A stretch of 64,000 bases of DNA, taken from assembly GCA_020346225.1 (NCBI GenBank), contig CP070777.1, forward strand, positions 303,976 through 367,975, given 5' to 3'. Below the pieces are notes generated by a model, which had not been told where the DNA came from, did no database searches, and was given only the letters and a program-made list of their open reading frames with translations. Shown piece by piece: positions 44,215 to 53,600 of this stretch (the stretch's first letter is position 1; each line of letters starts with the position of its first letter). The stretch comes from Candidatus Zixiibacteriota bacterium (GTDB lineage Bacteria > Zixibacteria > MSB-5A5 > GN15 > FEB-12). The position numbers were made by a program, and so were the translations under genes.

Positions 44215-47200
44215 TCACGCCTCATCATCCTGGCGCGACTCGCTTATCGGTTGGCCCAGCCGCTCCGCCACTCTCGCCGGCAGCTCCTCGGGACCGCCCG
44301 CGTCGACCGGGTCCGTTGCGACCGGTCGATTGCCGTTGCCCGGTTCCGCCTCGGTTTCCGCCACAGCCGCATCGTCGACCTCGACGATCTCTTCCGGGCT
44401 GTCGCCTTCGGCGCTGCCGCCGAACTTGACCGCCACCATCTTGGACACACCGAACTGCTCCATCGTCACGCCGTACAGGTTGTGCGCCGCCTCCATGGTG
44501 ATCTTGTTGTGGGTGATGATGATGAACTGTGTCTGCTCCGAGAATTTCCTGATGATTCTCAGAAAACGCTGGCAGTTGGCATCATCCAGCGGAGCGTCGA
44601 TCTCGTCAAGAATACAGAACGGTGACGGTTTAACCAGGTAGAGTGAAAACAACAGCGATATTGCCGTCAGCGCCCTTTCGCCACCCGACATCATCGTTAT
44701 CGAAAGAAGCTTTTTACCTTTCGGGCGTGCGATGATTTCAATATCCGATTCCAGCGGGTCGCTCGGGTCTTTAAGGAAGATATCCGCTTCGCCGCCGGTA
44801 AACAGTTCGACGAACAGGTTGCGGAAATTCACCCGCACCTGGTCGAATGTCTCCAGAAACATCTGCCGGGCGGTATGGTTTACCTTGACGATGGTTGTCT
44901 TCAGGTCGTCTTTGGCCGTCGACAGGTCTTTCAGCTGTTCCTCCAGAAAAGCCTTTCGCTCCGCCGCCGTCTTGTACTCCTCCAGGGCCAGCAGGTTCAC
45001 CGCCCCGAATCCCTTCAGCCGCTCCTTGAGCTCGTGCAGCTTCGTTCTGGCCTCCTCTTCCGTCAGGCCGCTGTCCGGGTTTTCGATTTCGGAAGCCCGA
45101 ATATCGATTTCGTACTCGTCACGAATCCGCTCACAGATGGACCGAACTTCGGCATCCATGGTATTGAGGCGCATTTCCAGCTGGTGACGTTCGTCGCTGA
45201 GCCCCTCCCGTTCGGAGCGGAGCTCTTTCAACTGCTTCTCTCTGGCGTCCGCCTTTTCCAGCAGTTCACTCTGTTTGACCCGATGAGCGGACTGCCGTTC
45301 GATCGCCTCCTGGCGCCGCTGGAAGGTTTCTTTGAGTTTGGATTCCAACTCTTCGGTACTTTCGGTGGCGACGGCAATCTGCTGCCGCGCCTGGCTGATC
45401 TCTTCCGTCTTGGTCTCGACGGTGCCGGCGATATCGTTCAGCAGCTCCTCCAAATGCGAAGTCTTGCTTTCCGTTTGCTCCACGAGGCTGCGGCACTCGA
45501 CCTGCCTGACCTGCAGCTCGGAAACCTGCTGCAGGGCGTTGGCCGCCGCCGCCTCGCATTCCTCGAGTTGCGCCAGTGACTGCGCGATATCGTTTACCAG
45601 AGTTTCGCGGCTTCGGCTGAGCTGGTTGAAATCCAGCCCCAGCGTGTACTGCCGGTTCTTGACCCGTTCAAGTTTGCCGGTCAGCGTCGTTCTCTCCTTC
45701 TCCAGCCGTGCTCGCTCGCTGCCCAGGCTGCGGCGCCCGAAATCGATTTCCTTGACCTGCTCCCTGGCGGTCTCGATGTCTTCCGCCAGCGTTTCCGTTT
45801 TCTCGGCCAGGCTGCTGAGTTCGGCTCTCACCGCGGCGATCTCTGCCGTAACCTGCCCTTTCTCTTTGTTTACCTCAACCAGTTGACCTTCGAACTTGGC
45901 TATCATTACGGCCTGTTGCTTGACCTTCTCCTTGCGGCGAAACAGCGGGAAATTATCCTGGGACCCGCCCGAAATCGTATTCTTGCTGTACAGGTCCCCG
46001 CTCGTCGAGACAGCCTGAAATCCGTAGGGCAGGCGCCGCAGGATTTCGTCCGGCTCGAAACCCGACTTGAATACGGCCGTGCGCGACAGCACCGCCCGCA
46101 TCAGCGGCACCAATGGCTGGTCGGCGGTGATAAAGTCGTCCAGCCATCCGATAAACTCCGGCATTTCCAGCTGGGGACGCTTGACAGCGGGATTGATCGT
46201 CCCCGTATCGGGCACCAGTATCCCGGCGCGACCCTTGCTTTCCGATTTGAGAAACCCAATGATGGCTTCACCGGTCCGACGATCGTCACATATAATGAAC
46301 CGGGCCAGCTCGCCCAGGGCCGCTTCCGTGGCGACCTCAAACCCCTCCTCAGGCACGAACCTCTCGGCCACCGTCCCGTGAATCCCCGGCCACCGGTCCC
46401 TGACATCCATGACCGCCTTCACCCCCGACTCGTAGCCTTCGTAGTGCAGCATCATCTCTTCCAGAAGGTTCTTGCGCGCCTGGCACGCTTCGATTGATGC
46501 CGTCAGGTTGGATATCTCCTGAGTAATGTCATCACCTCTGGAGATAAGCTCCTCGAGCTTGCCCGACAGCTCGCTGCTCGAACGCTCTGTTCCGGCCCTT
46601 TCTTCCAGCAGCCTTTCCAGTTCGCTCCTGGCCTGTGCGTACTCGGTCTCCTTGTCGCGCCCGCACCGCCGGTTTTCGTCCAGTTGCCGTTCGACCGAGG
46701 CCGCGCTCTCGGCCAATTCCTCGGTTTGTTCCCTGAGGTTGACTTCCTCCGTTTTCCCCGACGACAGTTTCCCCTCGAGTTCCAGCAGGTGTTTGTTCTC
46801 CTGCTCTTTTGCCGACCGTGCCGCCAGCAGCCGCCGGTCAGCCTCGGCCTGCGTCTTCTCCGCCTCTTTCAGAAACGCTTCGGTGGCAACGAGTTTTTCT
46901 TTCTCATCGACCACTTGCCGCTTCGTTTCTTCGAGTTGTTCGCGCAACATCTCCGAGCGCTTCTTTAAAGCGACAATATCGTTCTCATTGCGCTCGATCA
47001 GATCGGCGGCGTTGCGTTTCTTCTCTTTAAGAATAGAGATTTCGGTCTCATAACCGTGTGCCTGCTCCGATATCTCATAGACCTCGGCGCCCACCCTGGT
47101 CAGTTCCTGCTCCATCTCTATCTGCTGCGTGCGATCAACCTCGAGTTGCGAGGCCAGGGAGTTCACTGCCGTTTTGCTCTCTTCAAGTCTGTCAGCCAGC

Positions 47201-47949
47201 CGGTCAGCCGAGGCCTGCAGCTGCCGCCGCTCCCCGGCGACGGCTCCGATTCGCTGAGAGCTCAGGAACAGTTCCCATTGCCGCACGCTGTCCACGACCT
47301 TTTGGTACCGCTCGGCTTTCTTCTGCTGGCGCCGCAGGGAGTTGACCTGCGTCTTCACCTCGGCGTAGATATCGTTGAGGCGCAGCCAGTCATTCTCGGT
47401 CGCCTCCAGCTTTCGGATGGCGGCCTTCTTGCGCTGCTTGTACTTGGTGATGCCGGCCGCCTCTTCAAAGAGAAACCGGCGTTCCTCGGCCTTGTCCGAT
47501 ATTACGGCCTCGATCATGTCCTGCTGGATGACCGAGTATGAATGCGCCCCCACCCCGGTATCGTAAAACAGTTCGGTAATGTCTTTCAAACGGCACGGGA
47601 CCTTGTTGAGCAGGTATTCCGACTCGCCGCTTCGGAACAGACGCCGGGTGATCTGGACCTCGGTATATTCCGTGGGCAAAATGCCGCGGTCGTTCACCAG
47701 CGACAGCGTCACCTCGGCCATCCCCAGCGGTTTCATGTCGCGGGTACCGTTGAAAATGACCTCTTCCATCTTGCTGCCGCGCAGAAGCGTTACCTTCTGT
47801 TCGCCCAGCACCCAGCGAAGGGCGTCGAGAATATTCGTTTTGCCGCACCCGTTGGGCCCGACTATCGCCGTAATGCCGCTGGAAAAATGTATGGTTGTCT
47901 TGTTCGCAAAAGATTTGAATCCGATTATATCAAGCTTCTTAAGGTGCAC
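44215..47949 (-). CDS. smc: Chromosome partition protein SMC
   Basis: N-terminal Walker A GPNGCGKTN, long coiled-coils, hinge. C-terminal signature LSGGE and Walker B ILDEIDAPLD. Extra ~60-aa acidic tail. Confidence 0.95.
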   Translation of the reverse strand: MHLKKLDIIGFKSFANKTTIHFSSGITAIVGPNGCGKTNILDALRWVLGEQKVTLLRGSKMEEVIFNGTRDMKPLGMAEVTLSLVNDRGILPTEYTEVQITRRLFRSGESEYLLNKVPCRLKDITELFYDTGVGAHSYSVIQQDMIEAVISDKAEERRFLFEEAAGITKYKQRKKAAIRKLEATENDWLRLNDIYAEVKTQVNSLRRQQKKAERYQKVVDSVRQWELFLSSQRIGAVAGERRQLQASADRLADRLEESKTAVNSLASQLEVDRTQQIEMEQELTRVGAEVYEISEQAHGYETEISILKEKKRNAADLIERNENDIVALKKRSEMLREQLEETKRQVVDEKEKLVATEAFLKEAEKTQAEADRRLLAARSAKEQENKHLLELEGKLSSGKTEEVNLREQTEELAESAASVERQLDENRRCGRDKETEYAQARSELERLLEERAGTERSSSELSGKLEELISRGDDITQEISNLTASIEACQARKNLLEEMMLHYEGYESGVKAVMDVRDRWPGIHGTVAERFVPEEGFEVATEAALGELARFIICDDRRTGEAIIGFLKSESKGRAGILVPDTGTINPAVKRPQLEMPEFIGWLDDFITADQPLVPLMRAVLSRTAVFKSGFEPDEILRRLPYGFQAVSTSGDLYSKNTISGGSQDNFPLFRRKEKVKQQAVMIAKFEGQLVEVNKEKGQVTAEIAAVRAELSSLAEKTETLAEDIETAREQVKEIDFGRRSLGSERARLEKERTTLTGKLERVKNRQYTLGLDFNQLSRSRETLVNDIAQSLAQLEECEAAAANALQQVSELQVRQVECRSLVEQTESKTSHLEELLNDIAGTVETKTEEISQARQQIAVATESTEELESKLKETFQRRQEAIERQSAHRVKQSELLEKADAREKQLKELRSEREGLSDERHQLEMRLNTMDAEVRSICERIRDEYEIDIRASEIENPDSGLTEEEARTKLHELKERLKGFGAVNLLALEEYKTAAERKAFLEEQLKDLSTAKDDLKTTIVKVNHTARQMFLETFDQVRVNFRNLFVELFTGGEADIFLKDPSDPLESDIEIIARPKGKKLLSITMMSGGERALTAISLLFSLYLVKPSPFCILDEIDAPLDDANCQRFLRIIRKFSEQTQFIIITHNKITMEAAHNLYGVTMEQFGVSKMVAVKFGGSAEGDSPEEIVEVDDAAVAETEAEPGNGNRPVATDPVDAGGPEELPARVAERLGQPISESRQDDEA

Positions 47950-47975
47950 GGTGCCTCCGAGTTGGTTGTCATTGA

Positions 47976-48539
47976 CTAGGATGCCGCTCGGCTCTCGCTG
48001 CTGCGCATGAGCCGAATAGTCTCCAGCAGTGAACGATAAATATTGCGCTCATCACGTAAATACTTGGTCTTTATCTCTAGGTTGTAGTAGGGTCGGCCGA
48101 GGTGATTGCCCCGCCCGATCCTGACGGCATCGGGAAAATTCAGAAGGATGCTCGAGGTGAAGTTCGACTGCTGAAGATTCAAATCCAGTACCAGGTCGAT
48201 CTTCAGTTCCTTGAGCGTCTGGATATAACTCCTCTTCGGTAATCCCGACCAGGTGAGTTGCTCCGAGGTCGGAGAGAGAATCTGAAACCCTTTCCGCGGG
48301 AAAATGTCGTTCACTCTGATTCCCGGACTGCTGAGAAGGGCTATATCGGCCGGCTTGAACAGGTCCGAAATCGTCGGAAGAAACTGCTTTACAAGCGTCA
48401 GCTCCCTCAGGCCGCTGGGCAGGCACACCAGTATGTGTCTGGGTTTCCGGAGCGAATCGGGAAACACCAGTTGCTGCGAAACCATTTGTCTGGCTCCGCG
48501 ACGTATCGCCATCTGTGCCACCAGGCTCTTAAGGCTCAT
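47976..48539 (-). CDS. Hypothetical protein (~187 aa)
   Basis: Coding-looking ORF between the rodZ-like gene and smc. Faint resemblance to the N-terminal Rossmann half of GT9 heptosyltransferases (ILVCLPSGLRE..., DLVLDLN). The start at 48539 versus 48572 is uncertain. Confidence 0.5.
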   Translation of the reverse strand: MSLKSLVAQMAIRRGARQMVSQQLVFPDSLRKPRHILVCLPSGLRELTLVKQFLPTISDLFKPADIALLSSPGIRVNDIFPRKGFQILSPTSEQLTWSGLPKRSYIQTLKELKIDLVLDLNLQQSNFTSSILLNFPDAVRIGRGNHLGRPYYNLEIKTKYLRDERNIYRSLLETIRLMRSSESRAAS

Positions 48540-49479
48540 CTTGACTTTCCTCAACGGAGGGTACCGCCTCATTCGTGTCTACCGGGGGCGCCGTCCGCTC
48601 CACAGCTTCCTCCGGTTCATCCGTCGGCTCAACGGCGCGCTCAGGGGAGAGGAACTGCTCGAGGTTGACCTGGTTTATCTCGACTCTCGATATCCGACCG
48701 GTCTCCGCATCGGCCAGATTTACCTCCCGGCCGTTCAGCTCCACCCGTACCTGTGAGGGAATGCCGACCGATACGGTCAGGCGGTACTGTGCCTCAACCT
48801 CGTAAATGCGACCCGGCAGAAGATTACGGAAAATGGCCGTATCGCCGTCAGCCAGCACCGTCGACCAGCTTTCACTCTGCGGAATGAGTCTGAGCCTGAT
48901 GATCTCGGGTTCCTGGTACCCCGGCACGTTCCAGTCGAAAGCCGCTTCCGTCTGGCTGTCGGCAGCCGTAACGGGTTGCTCCGCGACCGCCTCGGACGAT
49001 TCTCCGGCGGTGTCGCCCGGCTCCTCATCGCGCCCCTCGGATGGCATAAGAATGCTGTAACCGATCAGGAAGAGAACGAAAACGACAACGATGGCACCGA
49101 ACAGGTACAGCAGTTTTTTTATCAGCCTGGCGTTGTCACCGTCCCGCTCCGTTTCCTTCTCGGTTTCCTCGCGCCTCTTCTCCGTCTTTTTATCAGCGCC
49201 GCTCTTGACCGCGTTGGGGCGACCCTCAATCGCCTCACCCACGTCTTCCTTTATCGCCTCCATGGTGCGGTCGAAGTCGATCCCGAGCGACTCGGCATAG
49301 GCCTTGGCAAAAAGGTCGTAGTATATCATAGAGGGAAGTTCCCCGACCTCCCCCTTCTCGATGTGTTCGAGGTTGGCCTGCGAGATTTTGAGCTGATCGG
49401 AGAGGTCCTCAAGGGTGACGCCCTTGCGCTTCCTCTCCATATGAAGCAGCTCTCCAAATTTATTGTATAACTCGCTCAT
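48529..49479 (-). CDS. rodZ: RodZ-like cytoskeleton-associated protein (XRE HTH + TM + C-terminal beta domain)
   Basis: N-terminal HTH (RKRKGVTLEDLSDQLKISQANLEHIEKG), one TM (LLYLFGAIVVVFVLFLIGY), DUF4115-like C-terminus. Confidence 0.72.
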   Translation of the reverse strand: MSELYNKFGELLHMERKRKGVTLEDLSDQLKISQANLEHIEKGEVGELPSMIYYDLFAKAYAESLGIDFDRTMEAIKEDVGEAIEGRPNAVKSGADKKTEKRREETEKETERDGDNARLIKKLLYLFGAIVVVFVLFLIGYSILMPSEGRDEEPGDTAGESSEAVAEQPVTAADSQTEAAFDWNVPGYQEPEIIRLRLIPQSESWSTVLADGDTAIFRNLLPGRIYEVEAQYRLTVSVGIPSQVRVELNGREVNLADAETGRISRVEINQVNLEQFLSPERAVEPTDEPEEAVERTAPPVDTNEAVPSVEESQDEP

Positions 49480-49500
49480 AAGAAAACAGTTGCCACCTTA

Positions 49501-50109
49501 CTATTCTTCTATGACCTGTTTGGCCAGTCGCTCCAGAAGCGTCCGGGGAAAGCCAATCACAGTATCCAACTCGCCCTTGATACTGTCAACTAAAAATGCC
49601 CCCATACCCTGTATGCCGTAAGCGCCGGCCTTATCCATCGGTTCACCCGTCGCAATGTATTCGCGAATTTGTTCTGCCGTCACCTTGTTAAACCGAACCT
49701 CGGTCAGTTCGTAACCGCTGGCCAGGATGCCGGAGTGCTCCGCAATTGCCAGAGCTGTGCAGACCACGTGCCGTTTTCCCGAAAGGCGCGACAGGATCTC
49801 GTAGGCATCGCTCTCATTCGCCGGTTTCCCCAGCACTTCGCCTTCGAGAACGACAACGGTGTCGCACCCGATGACGGCGTCACCGGCCTCACTCCGTCGG
49901 GCAACCTGAAGGGCCTTGTCCCTGGCCAGCCGTTCCGCAAAGTTATACGGGTGTTCCCCCTCAAAAGGGGCCTCCTCGAGGTCGGGAATGATTCGGGCGA
50001 AACTCACCCCGGTCTCACTCAGAAGTTTCATTCTCCGCGGCGATCGTGAGCCGAGAACAAGACGGTATTTCTCGGCGAGAAGCGGCAGGTATTTATAGGT
50101 CATGGTCAA
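49501..50109 (-). CDS. maf: Maf-family nucleotide pyrophosphatase
   Basis: LVLGSRSPRR ... GCDTVV ... KAGAYGIQG motifs. Confidence 0.88.
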   Translation of the reverse strand: MTMTYKYLPLLAEKYRLVLGSRSPRRMKLLSETGVSFARIIPDLEEAPFEGEHPYNFAERLARDKALQVARRSEAGDAVIGCDTVVVLEGEVLGKPANESDAYEILSRLSGKRHVVCTALAIAEHSGILASGYELTEVRFNKVTAEQIREYIATGEPMDKAGAYGIQGMGAFLVDSIKGELDTVIGFPRTLLERLAKQVIEE

Positions 50110-50536
50110 TAATTATCGTTACCGGACCCGTGTTGTTGAATCTTATATCCATCCTGGCGCCGAACTTACCGGTGCCGACCCTCAGGCCCGAGTCCCGGAC
50201 CAGCCCCACGAAGCGCTCGTACAGTCGCTCCGCTTCTTCCGGCTCCTGAGCTTCCGTGAAGGCCGGACGGCGTCCCTTGCGGGTGTCAGCGTACAGCGTA
50301 AACTGCGAGACTATCATAATCTCCGCCCCGATGTCGAGCGCTGAAAGGTTCATCTTGCCCTGCTCGTCTTCGAAAATGCGCAGGTTGACAACCTTGTCGG
50401 CCAGCTTGACGCAGGACGGCTCCTCGTCCCCCCTCCGGGTGCCAAACAGCACCAGAAGACCGGCCCCGGTGCGGCTGTGCGCCCGGCCGTCGATCGCAAG
50501 TTCCGCGCCGTCCGTTCTCTGAACCACTACCCGCAT
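50093..50536 (-). CDS. dtd: D-aminoacyl-tRNA deacylase
   Basis: ATG 50536 gives MRVVVQR. GKMN, VSQFTL and NTGPVTIIID motifs. The ORF-track N-terminal extension looks non-coding. Confidence 0.88.
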   Translation of the reverse strand: MRVVVQRTDGAELAIDGRAHSRTGAGLLVLFGTRRGDEEPSCVKLADKVVNLRIFEDEQGKMNLSALDIGAEIMIVSQFTLYADTRKGRRPAFTEAQEPEEAERLYERFVGLVRDSGLRVGTGKFGARMDIRFNNTGPVTIIIDHDL

Positions 50537-50671
50537 ATTAAATCTCTTATCCTCATGAGAATATACCGTAACAACTAATAAAGACAACAACTTTAAACAG
50601 GGAAGCCAGCGGAGCAACAATGAAGTATAAAATGCTTGCTAAAACTCAGGGGTCAGCGTTCATTTAGCGTC

Positions 50672-53600
50672 ATGTCGGGGTTGTCTACATCGCTCGGGAT
50701 AGATATCGGCTCGGTTTCCGTTAAGCTCGTTCTCCTTGAAAACGACCGAGTCGTGCGAACTGCCTATCGTCGCTTTCACGGGAGGCCTTTCGAAACCCTG
50801 TGTCAACTTCTCAATGAACAGTTTCGGGACCTCGACGGTTCTTCGCTCAACCTCGGTTTCACCGGTATCGGCGGCAAAACGGCCCGGCGCGTGCTCGGCG
50901 GGAAATTCTTCGGCGAGATCGCCTCGATAGCTGCGGGCAACTTTCACAGCGTGCCGCAGGCCAGGACTATCATCGAGATGGGCGGCGAGGATTCGAAACT
51001 CATCGTGGTCGATTCCCCTACCCGGACCGTCAGGGACTTCGCCATGAACGCGCAGTGTGCCGCGGGCACCGGCTCGTTTCTGGACCAGCAGGCCGCCCGG
51101 CTCAAGATCTCTATCGAGGGTGAGTTCGGCCGGCTGGCTTTAAAGTCTCAAAAGCCCCCGCGGATTGCCGGGCGTTGTTCCGTCTTCGCCAAATCTGACA
51201 TGATTCATCTCCAGCAGATCGCTGCACCGGACTATGATATAGTCGCAGGCCTGTGCTTCGCCGTGGCCCGAAACTTCAAAAGCTCTATTGCCCGGGCCAA
51301 GAAGTTCGAACCGCCCATCGTATTTGAAGGCGGCGTGGCCGCCAACCCGGGCATGGTTCGCGCCTTTGCCGAGATACTCGGGCTGACCGATGGACAGCTG
51401 CAGGTCCCCGAACACTACAACGTCATTGGGGCGCTCGGCGCCGCCGTTCTGGCCGGCGAAAACTCAACCCTGGTCGAATCCTTCGACAGCGAAAAAATTC
51501 GAAGCTATCTGGATTACCGGCAGGTGGTTGCCTCCGGCCGCGAAGCGCTGTCTTTCGATTTTCCGGACTCGAAATACTATGATATAACCATGGCTGACAG
51601 GCCCGCCGATATCGACGATCTGGAGGTTTATCTGGGGGTCGATGTCGGCTCCCTCTCCACCAACCTCGTTCTCATTGACGCTGACCATCGCGTGATCGCC
51701 CGTCGTTACCTCATGACCGAGGGACGTCCCATCGAGGCGGTCCGGCGGGGCCTTCGGGAAATCAGCGAAGAGGTGGGCGACCGGGTAACCGTGAAAGCGG
51801 TCGGCTCCACCGGTTCCGGTCGCTATCTCATCGGTGACCTGATCGGAGCCGATGTGATCCGCAACGAGATTACGGCTCAGGCCACTGCGGCCATCGATAT
51901 CGATCCCGAGGTCGATACCGTCTTTGAAATAGGCGGGCAGGATTCCAAGTACATTTCCATAGACAAGCGGGCGGTCGTTGATTTCGAGATGAACAAGGCC
52001 TGTGCCGCCGGCACCGGGTCCTTCCTGCAGGAGCAGGCCGAGAAGCTCAACGTCAACATAGAAACCGAGTTCAGCGATCGCGCCCTTTGCGCCACCTGCC
52101 CGGTGGGATGCGGCGAGCGCTGCACGGTGTTCATGGAATCCGATCTGGTGGCTCACCAGCGCTCCGGCGCCAGCAAGGATGACCTGTTGGCCGGACTGGC
52201 TTACTCCATAGTCAGCAACTACTTGACAAAGGTTGTCGGAGACCGGCGCGTGGGTGATCATATCTTCTTTCAGGGCGGCGTTGCCTGGAATAAAGCGGTC
52301 GTGGCTGCCTTTGAAAAGATGACGGGCAAGCATGTAACGGTGCCGCCGCATCACGACGTCACCGGTGCTATCGGCGCCGCCATCCTGGCTAAGGAACAAA
52401 TCGATCAACCCGGCTTCGAAACCTCCTTCAAGGGTTTCGATTTTCATAAACGGCGTTATGAACTAGAATCGTTCACGTGCGAAGACTGCGCCAACCAGTG
52501 TGAAATCCACAAGGTGATTCTCGAAGGCGAGGAGCCGCTGTACTATGGCTCGCGGTGTGAGCGATACGAGGTCGACCGCCGCCAGGGGCGGGACCTCCCG
52601 ACGGACTACGCCGCCGTCAGGAAGCGTCTTTTATTCAAGCGCTATTTGGAGCCGGCCGTGGTATCCGGATCAAAAGGAAGGGTCGGTATTCCAAGGGTTC
52701 TTCATTTCTTCGATTATTATCCCTTCTGGCGGGCTTTCTTCGAATCGGCCGGTTTCAAGGTGGTCAACTCCGATGTCTCCAACCAGAAGATAGTGGAAAA
52801 CTCGCTGGAGCTTTTCAGCGCCGAAACCTGCTACCCCATCAAAATCGTCTTCGGTCACGTTGGCAACCTCCTTGACAAAGGCGTCGATTGGCTGTTTCTC
52901 CCGTCCCTCATAAAAGTTGCCGATCAGCAGGAGTTGGCTGAGGAAGGCGCCTATATTTGCCCCTATGTGCAGACCATCGGGTCGACCATTGCCACGTCCT
53001 TCGATTTTGCTGCCGCCGGAGCGAAACTCGTCAACCGGCCCATCAACCTGAGCCAGAATGTCGGTGACTTGCGCCACAAGCTGAAGGGCCTGGCTTCTGA
53101 TTTCGGCCTGTCCGACCGGGAATACAATCGCGCTATCGACGCCGGCCTGAAAGCGTATCAAACCTACCGGCTGGCCTTGCGCGACGAAGGCCGAAAGGTG
53201 CTCGGCCGGCTCGGTCCCGACGAGAAGGCGCTGGTGATAGTCAGCCGCCCCTATAACGGCTACGACCCGAGGTTGTCGCTGGAGCTGCCCGATAAAATAC
53301 GTGAACTCGGCGTGAAATCCATTCCTCTCGACTTTCTGGATACCGGCAATGGCAGCGACGTACCGTTCATGTACTGGCGCTACGGACGCCGCATCCTGTC
53401 GGCCGCCAAGTATATCCGAGAGCATCCCAACCTTTTTGCCGTCTATATCACCTCTTTTGGCTGTGGCCCGGACTCGTTCATTACCCATTTTTTCCGCAAG
53501 GCGATGTCCGGCAAACCCTATCTTCAGCTCGAACTGGACGAACATTCTGCCGACGCCGGTCTGATAACCCGGTCCGAGGCGTTTATCGATTCGCTCCGGT

